A stretch of 64,000 nt of DNA from Amoebidium appalachense (lineage: Eukaryota; Protista; Ichthyosporea): contig CAVNZM010000008.1 in the NCBI GenBank assembly GCA_963693365.1, positions 2,232,001 to 2,296,000 of the forward strand, given 5' to 3'. A model generated the notes under the pieces. It had not been told where the DNA came from and made no database searches. It saw only the letters and a program-made list of their open reading frames with translations. A program made the translations under genes and the position numbers. Below are positions 48,083 to 64,000 of the stretch, piece by piece (position 1 is the stretch's first letter; each line of letters starts with the position of its first letter).

Positions 48083-48733
48083 ATGCGTGTGCCACTTGGT
48101 GAGACCGAAGCAGAAAGGTTAGGGAAGTAGGTCTCACCTCACGCTCACGTGCACCGAAGCCTTCGCACTCGCGGCTGAGCACACGACCATAAGCAAACTC
48201 AATCACAAGGGTCTCCATGTCGGGGTGGACGGCTGTAACGTGAACATAAGTATTCACTCGGGTATGGTTTGACCGAAAAAAAAAATTAAAAAAAAAATGA
48301 AAGAAATGTAAGGGAAAGAATCAATAAAAAAGGGCGAATACCTCTAGGAGAAGGAAAACAATGGCATCGCATGTGGGACGGAATGTAAAACGTACACTCG
48401 AAACGCTTAGAGTGAAGCGCATGTAGAACGCCAGTGGAAACATACACTCGAAATTAGAATGCCAGGTGGAAAGGAGGAATTTAGGGGGGGCTACCCGGGG
48501 AATAATACACGTGTGCCGGAGGGTAGTGGGGAGGGGGAGGAGGAGGGGAGGGGAGGACGGGAGGGGGGGGGGGGGGGGGGGCACGGCAACGCAAAGGCAC
48601 AAAAAGGACATGGAAATGTACATAGAGCCATGTCCGACCAAGACTAGGGCCCTACATGACCCAAAAGAGTGTGAGATATGGGCGGTGAGGGGCACTATAG
48701 CAGGCAGACGGGCAAGGAAAAGGGATGGTGTGT

Positions 48734-48764
<31 letters not shown>

Positions 48765-49605
48765 GGGGGGTCTTTTTTCATCAACGTACATCTGAGATTC
48801 TGGCGCAGCTTGTCATATGTGGTCTTGTAGATCTTGCCTAGAAGGTCACAGCCCGACTTGTAGTAGAGCGTGTAGTCTTTCTGCAACGGCACTGGGTGCT
48901 TAGCATCTGATGCACAGGAAAAACGAAAAACAAAAAAAGGGTGCAATATATAGCTAAAAGGGGTGCGGGGTATGTGAGTTTCGAACCGTTGGCCCCACAC
49001 TCACAAACAATCTGAGTTGGGCCGTGTGTATGGATACCTGCCTTAACTAGCAGCGAGTAACGTTAATTATTGGTTGTGTAAGACCAGTAAAAAGAAACAG
49101 GCAACAAAAACAAAAACTGCCGACAAGAAAGATTAAGGTGCGTGCGTGCGCGCGCGCTTGTGTGTGTGTGTGTGTGTTTATGTATGTGTGAATGTGTGTG
49201 TGTTTGTTTTTTGGGGTGGATAGAAATACCTGGAAGCGCTGTTTCTGTGCGTCCTCAGCAAAGTAGTCGATGGCACTCTTGTCCACACCAACCTCATGGA
49301 TCACCTCAAGGGCATTGACCGTCTTGTGCACACCCGCAAAGATCACTGCACACACAGGGGGTTAGCTGGATAAATCCACACACATTAACCGCACACACAT
49401 GCGGTTAGTGGGAGTGATTCCGCACACATTAATTGCATGTACAGGGGTTGGCTGGAGTAAATCTCAGCTAGCTGGCATCCATTCGTCTGAAATAACATGA
49501 AGAGCTCCGCAGACTATCATTTTGATCAGTATTGGCTAAGGGGTGCCATTGCAACAGGTTTTAAGCATAAGACTTGTCACACTTGTGATCACTACAGGGG
49601 TGGGG

Positions 49606-49637
<32 letters not shown>

Positions 49638-49922
49638 TGGGAGAGAGGGATGGAGAGAGCGAGAGAGAGAGAGAGAGGGAGGGAGGGAGGGGGCCTACGG
49701 GCTTCGAGCATAGCCTCCATGCCCAGGCGGTGGTATTGAGGAGGAAGGAAGCCCCAGTCACGTGCCACACGCTGTTGGAGGGAGGGGGAGGGGTCAGAAA
49801 CAAAGCAAACAGTTGTTGCTCCAAAGCAGAGGGTGAAAAACTAACCAGATTATTTGAAATGGAGGTCTGGTGGGAATAGTGGTGGCATGTGTGTGGGTGG
49901 CGGTGGCGGTGGGCGGCGGTGG

Positions 49923-49967
<45 letters not shown>

Positions 49968-49987
49968 GGGGATGTTGTTGTTGTTGC

Positions 49988-50061
<74 letters not shown>

Positions 50062-50465
50062 ATGAGGTTTTTGTGTGTGTATTGGCCGTTGGCCGCGGGG
50101 AGGGGGGAGGGGGGAGAGGGGGCACGTACGGTCAGGTTTCCGGCACTGGTGTGGGCACCAAGCATGGCCAGCAGACGCACAACATCGTTCACATTGTCCA
50201 CGGGGCGCAGGGGGAAGCGGGCGGCATGGGGGTGCTGGCTCAGAGGGCGGGCTGGAAGGGGTTAATTCCTGAGTTAGTGGGGTTGTGGAAAGAGCATACT
50301 CGTGCTACCAGGAGGGAAATGAAATGGTAAATCTACCCCCCCCTCCCCCCCCTTCCCCCCGTCTTTCCCCTCTCCCACCCCACAAACACACCCAATCTAC
50401 AAAGTATGCTTTTTCGCAAGAAATGGAAACTTCAAACGGCAGGAACTGTGTGTGTGTGTGTGGAA

Positions 50466-50498
<33 letters not shown>

Positions 50499-50899
50499 GT
50501 GGCATAAATGCATACTCTTTGAGGCGTCCATGGAGACGGAATGTGCCTCGAATGCAGCCTGGCTGAGACGTGTGCATTCATCGTTGCCGGTGCCATCAAA
50601 GTTCCACACGTACGGCAAGAGCTCCTTGTCCTCCTGGAAGTTGGTGCCCATCTCACGCCTGTGGTGGTTGCAATCAGTATCGTGGCATGTGGTGTGTGGT
50701 TGGACGCTGCATGGATGGAAGGACAAGGAAGAAAAAAAACAGGTTTCATCCGGAGGGAAGGGGGGGAAGGAGGCAGAGTGTTTACTGGGGGGGCCGGGGG
50801 GGGGGGGGGGGGGATTGAGAGCAGCAAGGAATAATGACATCAACACGAGAAAGTTATCACAAAACGATGAGAAGTGATTGCATGTGTGTGTATGAGCCA

Positions 50900-50975
<76 letters not shown>

Positions 50976-51164
50976 GGGCATACCACTTAGCAGCCTTCTT
51001 TGCAAGACCACCGACATTCATGTCCGACCACAGAGCATCGACCAGCGCCTGTGGAATGAGGCAACATGAGACCAGAATCGATAGAGTTAATGGACCCTGT
51101 ACCTGTATGCTAGTGGTCAAGAGTAGATGGGCCCACACGACAAATCGTGTATTCATTTACAGCC

Positions 51165-51196
<32 letters not shown>

Positions 51197-51892
51197 ACCT
51201 CCCGTTCCCTACATACTTTTTGGTTACTAAGGTTTCATTCCTCAACCTACTACCTTCTAACTTTTGGTAGTGATCAATACATAACGTCGCAATAGAACAG
51301 CAGGACCACGCAGTTGGTACTGATAATACACACACACACCTGTGCCGAGGTACCCCAGATCAAGTAGGTCTGATCAAGCACACCACGGCATTCGTCAACG
51401 GTTGCACCTGCGCGCAGAGCCTGGATGATGTTGGACTTGAACTGTGTGTGTGCGTGTGGTGTTAGTCGCATGGTAGGGAGACCACAGCTGTGAAAAGGGG
51501 GCACGGCACAGGGGGAGAATATGAAATTGGTGTGATGACGAGGAAAAAATTACTTTTTTTTATATCTTATTTACTATTTCATGGTTGGAAGGGGGTCGTG
51601 ATGTGATTGGAGGGGTGGGGTGGGGGTGTGGGGGGGGGGGGGGGGGGGGGGGAGGGATTGGGGGGGACGGAATGTGGTGAGAGACAGGTTTGCTGGCAGG
51701 GGTAAAGAGGGAGGGAGTGGGAAGTGAGAGCTGGGGGGGGGGGGGGGGGGGGAGGGGGGGGGGGGGGGGAGGGGAGGGGGGTCAGTTACCTGAGGGACGA
51801 CGACCTGACCAGCCATGCAGGCCAGAGTGACGAGCTGTGGGTGCCCCGTGAGGTCTGGTTAGTTGCATCCCCTGCAACATCATCGAGAGCTA

Positions 51893-51930
<38 letters not shown>

Positions 51931-52582
51931 CCGTAGCCAAAACCTAACAAGCGAGACAGAAAGGACCCGTTTATCCCGTAGTCGCCAAACTCAATACCTG
52001 TAACCCCGCCTCCCCCCTCCCCTCCCCACCTTTTCCCCCCTCCCCACACACTCACAAAAGTCTCCCCCACATGCAATTCAGTCTAATACTCGAAGGGCCC
52101 ATCCGGGACGATTCATTCTAGTTCCCCACACACTCACAAAAGTCTCCCCCACATGCAATTCAGTCTAATACTCGAAGGGCCCATCCGGGACGATTCATTC
52201 TAGTTCATGTTTGCATAATCTTGCACTCTCTTAGGCAAAGGGGTGGTGGCACACACAGAGAGGGAATCAGCCCAGTGCTATTGAATCATAGCACTGACCT
52301 GACTTTCACGCTGAGTAAGCACACCACGAGAGTGAATGCGGCCATAAACAAACTCGGTGATGAACCGGTCCACGGCAGGGTGGAGCATGCGCATCTTTTG
52401 ACGCATCCTGTGGATACTTTGAGTCAGCCAGCGCCATAGGAAGACTAAGAACATCAGTCATGCCAGTCTAAGAAATTTTGCAAAAAAGATGGATTGTTTG
52501 CCGATTGGAGAGAGAGTTGCATGCCTACAGAAAGCCACCATGCCTCAAATTGAGATAGTTTTCAGATCCGTCGGGCAGGGAT

Positions 52583-52623
<41 letters not shown>

Positions 52624-54798
52624 AGGGGGGAGGGTAAGATCAAGGCTGGGGTGGGGCTGGGGGGGGGGAAGGATGGGGTGGGGGGTAAGAATGTGCTACA
52701 GAATACCATATACACATTTTACGATGGAGAACACGGGGGGCAGGGGGGAGGGAGGGGGGGGGGGAGAGAGAGAGTTGCACAGTTGGTACACAACATAAGG
52801 CGGAGAGTGGATGTGTGAAATGGACACCCCCTGGGGGAGGGTTTGGGGGGCGGGGGGAGGGGGGAGGGGGGAGGGCAAGGGGAGGGGCTCACCTGACGTA
52901 TTGATGGCCATAGAGAGATTTCATAATGTCGATACCCTTCTTCACACGAGCATCGTGCGCCTCACCGGCGGTCTTGAAACCGCTGTTGTTTTCCTAGGGA
53001 TCGAAAACATTATATTGTGAGTGACAAACTATAATGGCCCAACAACAAGAGAAAGTGTAATTTACTTGTTTTAGCCCCCCCCCCCCCCCCTCCCCGGAAG
53101 AGAAAAAGAGAAAGTAGGGCGATCGAATCGTCTCAGGGGATGATAGCGCAGCCAACCGAGCCCCCCCCCCCCCCCCCCCCCCCCTTCCCCCTTCCCCCCT
53201 CCGCCAGATGGGGTAACCCCCATTCACATACGAGTACATAGCTCAGCGGCACGTACCGGAGTATCATAGAAAGGGGTGCAGGGATCCAGAACTGCAGCCT
53301 TGGCCACACCGATTTTCTTCACCTGTAGAGGATTTAGACCGTGTTACAATCGGACTCTTCGCCAAATAGCTACCTGCGTTCACATGACTTTGCACCAACC
53401 ACAATCTTTGTGGCAAGGCATTCCATAACTCACTACAATTTACACATAAGCCAACATGATCAACATAATGTCACTTCTAAATACCTCCAATTTAATCAGA
53501 ATGCAATAAGTTGTGATGCTTCATGATAGAGGTTCCATGGATTCACGGGATGCATACCGAAGCAAGGGAGTTGAGGGTTCGGGGAATGCCCGAGAAGATA
53601 AGATTGTGGAGAATGGTCTCTAGACCCTTGTGATGGGAGTCCTCGGACAGGAAGCACTGTGGGGGGATATTAAAGTCAGTAAAATGTGGTAATAGGTATG
53701 CGAGGCTGAGAGTATGAAAGGTCGAAGGACAGGGGATGTTGGGGATGGGGGAGAGAGGAGAGGGAAGGGTAAGTGGCCAACCGGGGGAGGAGGGGAGAGG
53801 AGTGGGGGGAGGGGGGTAAGGTGGGTGATGGTGAGAATTTGGATGTGTGTAAGAAGCTCGAGAGCTGTGTGTGCGTACAATTCAATGTGGCTGTGTGATA
53901 GGCGCGCTAGGGTTGTGGCGGTTGATTTTGAAGTGGCTCGTAAAGGCCTGTGGGGGCCAAAGGAGGCAGAGGGGAAAGCATCCTAGAGGGGAAACGGTGG
54001 AGTTTATTGCGGGAAGGTGTTTGGGGTGGGGGGCGGGGGGAAGGGGGGGGGCACAGGGGTGGGGTGGGGTGGGTGGGTGGGGCGGTTGGGCGAGGAATGC
54101 GTCAAAAGTCAACAGTTGTTCACAGTGAGACTCACCCAGTCAAGAGTTACGTTGCTCATGTTACCAGCAGCCGTGTTGCCGGCAATGAAGGTAAGGATTC
54201 GGAGCTCATCAGACAAAGTTGGCACTGTCAGTTAAACCAACGTTAGATACCTCGAAAATATTAATACCAAGGGTAGTTAGTAGTCACTTGTGCACCTAAT
54301 GAGAAAAGATCCCCGGGTTGAATGCAGTTGTAAGCAGTAGAACCAGTGACATTTCCCGCCAAGCCTCTAGCCAAGCTCCACCATAGTCCCACCAGAGCAC
54401 GGTACCTGAGGGAAGCCGCCCATCCAGCCAGGGGTGTCTGACATATTTGGCCTTCTCGTTCTCCCTGACCTTTCCGATGTCATGGATGCCGATGTTGAAG
54501 GAGGCCCTCTGCATGACTGCTGTGGCAGCCAGAGGCAAGGCATTCCTTGCGGCCTGAGGAAGGCACAATGAGAAACTTTATAATATGTGCATTTTGAAGA
54601 ATACAGTTTATTCTGCAATCTTTCCCTGGCCAAAATAAAATCTAGGCATTGTCTCCTAAATCAGCCCCAGGTAGGTGGGGGCAGCAGAAAACAGTTACCC
54701 ATTCTGAGGTGCAAAGAGATGGATGGTGTTTACGTGTGCTTGCAACTTATTAGTCTTGGGATCCGTTTCAAGAAAGCAAGAGGTGGACGGGGCGGGGG

Positions 54799-54863
<65 letters not shown>

Positions 54864-54972
54864 AGAACCAAGAGGGAGATCCTCGAGACATAACAACCCG
54901 AGGGAGCAGTGACCGTACCTGTATGGCCACCGGGGCCAGTGTTGGCAGGATCGCGCTTGCTGCTGAAAACAT
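47228..54972 (-). CDS. Protein with a tandemly duplicated AhpD/carboxymuconolactone-decarboxylase-like unit and a probable mitochondrial presequence, 18 coding exons
   Basis: Manually spliced with consistent phases. N-terminus MFSAASAILPTLAPVAIQAARNALPLAATAVMQRASF is Ala/Arg-rich with no acidic residues. Unit 1: ETILHNLIFSGIPRTLNSL...KGIDIMKSLYG...LHPAVDRFITEFVYGRIHSRGVLTQRESQLVTLACMAG...QALRAGATVDECRGVL. Unit 2: EALIFAGVHKTVNAL...GCDLLGKIY...HPDMETLVIEFAYGRVLSR...RERELMSLACM...PQLHSHMLGALNVGAT. Both match the CMD/AhpD-like consensus. Confidence 0.85.
52041..52204. repeat. Perfect tandem duplication, 2 x 82 bp (intronic)
   Basis: TCCCCACACACTCACAAAAG...GATTCATTCTAGT is repeated identically. 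Confidence 0.93.
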
Positions 54973-55293
54973 TTTCTGCAAGGAAAAAAGTTAACTCGGA
55001 AACCCAAACCCCTTATGGTTCTTTTTGCTGGCCCCGCTTGGAGCTTGTGCTCACAATTGTGTGCCTGATGCAAAGAGACCCACACAGTAGGCTACTTCGA
55101 ACTGCAATTAGCACTCATCATGCTGAGAGTTGCGGCTAACATAACGTAGCTCAGAGGCATATATTTACCCAAAAAACATTTAACTTTCATGCAGTTTCCA
55201 GACCACAAACAAAGGAACAACACCAGCACAAAACCCACCTAAACAGAGAACACAGCTCTAGCTGGTGTCTGTCACGGGGGCGGTGATCGCCTG

Positions 55294-55473
55294 TATTTAT
55301 AGCATGGATTTTGAAGCATGACCCTTGCTGTGATTGGCTAAATCCAAATATGGACTAATATCGACAATTTCTGATTGGATTACATATTTGTTTCCAAATA
55401 TGGCAGGTTCTCTCTGGCCTGGTATGTTCCATGGCCGCAAACCAGAGACATTAGTCTGCGCCTATTGACGTCA
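55294..55473 (-). promoter_or_regulatory. Promoter of the CMD-like gene: TATA, two CCAAT, two CArG boxes, CRE
   Basis: CTATAAATA (minus, 55294-55302); ATTGG at ~55333 and ~55374; CCAAATATGG at 55344-55353 and 55394-55403; TGACGTCA at 55466-55473. Confidence 0.6.
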
Positions 55474-56792
55474 TTTTGATATGCCATCTCTGTCAGACTA
55501 AAGTCGCTGACTTTAGAACATATGTCATAGAGTCTGTATTGTGGGCCTTTGGAGCACGGCTTTCCCTCCCAAGACCTTGTTCCCTCCCCGCGGGCTTTTG
55601 AAAGTTTTGCTTACGTATACCTTCTTCGAAGGCTTCGTTGCCCACGCACAAACAAAACCTTTTACAGTAAACTTGCACTTACTTGCCGTTGAAGCCACGT
55701 TTGGCCATGAGCCTATGGCCCGGTTGTGCTCCACAGCGGCGGTTTTTGATAAATAGAGCGAAAGGAAGAGTCTAGACTCTAACATTGGCTTTACACCAAA
55801 ACACTCAGGTGCCTGTCTGGTCTTCCCATTACCAATTACCGTCCCTCTCTCCCCCCCTCTCCCCCTCTCCCCCCCCGTTCCCTCCTCCACTTGTCCAACC
55901 GAGAGCTGAGAGCCAACCTGTAAATAAAATAGCCGATAGATACACTTGTGCTCCGTACATCATAGTAAACCGGACAGTTGCTCTATGTAGGTACATTTTC
56001 ACCGACACATGGTTGATGCATCGTCTGCTTTAGAAACACACCACGCCTTTTTCTGCGGAGCCCTCCAAAATACAGCTTTGCGTTTAGTCAGCTGGACGGT
56101 TGGCAATCCACTTGTTCCTTGATGGGTACTAAATGCATGGGCTAGAATGTCTCGGGTCATCATCGGTACCTCCAGCATTTTTCATCTGTCACTTCAGCAG
56201 TGGAGCATGAGGCTCATTAATTATGAGTATATGCCCTCTCCGGCTCTAGAATTTCTTCATTGTAAAGGGAAAGCAGACCCGCTGCCTATACACATACAGC
56301 TCATACGGCCATATACCGACGTGTTTTTTACATAGCGCTAGCTCTTAGTGCACGTGTACTCTTGCACGTCGTTAATCAAATGGAAAAACATCTTTGAAAA
56401 ATGGTTGTCATTCTTAGCCTGATACTCAGTTCGTGTAGACGTGTACATGTGGCACTGTAGAACCGGAACTGCGGGCTGATATTTAGCCCCTTGTTTCGAC
56501 CCGTCGGTTGTATACTGCCAGTAGTACAGCTATCGATCGTTAATTGTGGCCTGCAGGTCGTCACAATATGTATAGCCTGTGAGCACGTACAATAAAGGTT
56601 AAAAGAAGAAGAACACAAGGTATCTTTATCAGCCAGCTGGCATTTACGTACGTGCAGAAGACCTCATTGCTTGCAGGTTTCTAAACTTTCAACCGTGCAA
56701 GGCACAGCAGGCAGGGCAGGCTGCTAACACGTACTGACGTGTTGCCGCACGTGCGACGTTTTAACATCTACTTAGGCGGCCCTTTTAAGTAA

Positions 56793-56827
<35 letters not shown>

Positions 56828-56931
56828 CCGCCTCAGTAGGTGGTAGGGCAGGCTGGCAGGGCAAGGCACAGCCAGCTGGCGGATTTGCGTAAATCACCAT
56901 AGACTTCAAGGACAATCAACTCCCCCTAGAC

Positions 56932-57432
56932 ATGCGTCATCATCATAGTGTGAATATGAATAGTTTCAAGTCTATGGCTGATAGATATCTTTTTACTCTA
57001 CGTGTTGAGTCCCTTCCGGTGTTAGGACCGCACAAACACCAACTACTAGTAGCCTATATGGCGGATACGGTTAGAGAGTCTCGTTCATACATAGATTCGT
57101 TTATTCGTAATGTGGTGTGGTGTAAAAACGCAAAGATGATTATGGCTTGGCGGTGTAATCGGTTTCTGGTGTCTCCTGCTCGTATGTGTAATATGTGTGG
57201 GGGGCGGTTTACTCGCGGCTGCATATCTATCAATAAATGCAACCTGTTAGCTAATGTATTAGAACCGGAGGTTATTGGCGGTTTTATTCTCTTTTCTTCA
57301 TCTCTTCCTCAATATATCCGTTTTAAGATGACTATCCTAGATCACCTTATTAATGCTGCACAGTATGATATTGTGATCCGGTGCCTTAACTTTCTGTCGG
57401 AGCTACCGATGCTAGCATCTGCTTACCCATAA
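56932..57432 (+). CDS. Hypothetical intronless 166-aa protein (orphan)
   Basis: Longest unexplained non-repetitive ORF. T-ending codons predominate and it has a CNMC...C motif. No family recognised. Confidence 0.3.
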   Translation: MRHHHSVNMNSFKSMADRYLFTLRVESLPVLGPHKHQLLVAYMADTVRESRSYIDSFIRNVVWCKNAKMIMAWRCNRFLVSPARMCNMCGGRFTRGCISINKCNLLANVLEPEVIGGFILFSSSLPQYIRFKMTILDHLINAAQYDIVIRCLNFLSELPMLASAYP

Positions 57433-58165
57433 TATGTAATAGGGGTGTCAGATCCTACGATGGCGCTCATTGTTGCCTAGCATGTACATATGTCACTGGC
57501 TGCATTTGATTGGCTGTGCTGGAAAACGCAGTAGGCCGTCGAATGTGGCTGGGCCTCCGGCAATGTCCACGCAATAAAAAGTGTGTAAACCCCATCATCA
57601 AGCGCTGCGCAGAGCACTATTGTAAAGCCTCGCGGTTTAGTTGAAGGGCAAGTAATATAGTGCACATGTATGTACCGCGACAGGAAGACATTTCAGATGG
57701 CATGAACTAATATTAGTTATGGTTATAGATCAAACCGTGCATCACCATTTTGCGACCAGCTAGCATCTGGCTGTGGAGGCTTGGTTTTGATGGTCCTAGG
57801 TCAAGTTGCAGACTAGCACAAAACGAACAAGATTCACGTTGCAAGTGTTCAAATCAAAATCAACGCACTCCAGACCTGATAGAAGATCGCAGCAGTAGGG
57901 GACCTGCACGTTTGAAACTAGGCACGCTGCATCTGCCTTGTTTCAGTAGATGCTTATACAAGCACTGCACAGAAAGCTGATTAGGAACAAGAATTCAGTC
58001 GAACACTTCGGCCAGTGTTTCCTTTTGGTGTAGGTTGATCCGAGGAGCAGGTAGGGCAGGGGTATGCTTAGTGTATAGCCTTCCCACGTGGAGATGATGA
58101 AAGACAAGGGCCTTAATATTTCGGCAACATGACTTCTTCATAGCAGCGAACGGCAAACAAAGAAA

Positions 58166-63903
<5,738 letters not shown>

Positions 63904-64000
63904 GTATCCCCCCCCCCCCCCCCCCCCCTCCCCACCCACCCACCCCCACCCGCTATGTTTGTTGCCCTGCTTGCTCAGGGCACGCAGGGACACGCAGCAC

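Noticed and set aside
55525-55890. 121-aa minus-strand ORF upstream of the CMD-like promoter
   Set aside because: It starts in a low-complexity purine tract and has no recognisable motif or supporting exon structure.

Overview
Eukaryotic, intron-rich genomic DNA with GT-AG introns. Non-coding DNA is packed with poly(G)/poly(C), (GT/AC)n and (CT)n tracts, and most ORFs in the supplied track are microsatellite artefacts. Gene content suggests an opisthokont protist, possibly a unicellular holozoan such as an ichthyosporean (inference only). Manually spliced genes, in order: (1) PNUTS/PPP1R10-like PP1 regulator (minus, ~587-11750); (2) intronless NDUFA12 (12080-12529), head-to-head with it; (3) MTHFR with 16 coding exons (15599-23481); (4) intronless secreted calcium-binding-EGF protein with two related globular end domains (28415-30634), and its frameshifted pseudogene copy (40717-43187), within a ~10 kb tandem segmental duplication whose second copy carries two solo LTRs; (5) probable mitochondrial protein with a duplicated AhpD/CMD-like unit and 18 exons (47228-54972), whose promoter has TATA, 2x CCAAT, 2x CArG and CRE motifs; (6) ankyrin-repeat gene (58166 to the window end) with one apparent frameshift. 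Most unusual signals: a dispersed repeat family with a fixed end abutting poly(C), found only in introns and always in the same orientation relative to the host transcript; introns whose two ends are reverse-complementary; and 3' splice sites defined by a branch point rather than a pyrimidine tract. All alignments were made by eye and homopolymer lengths may be unreliable.
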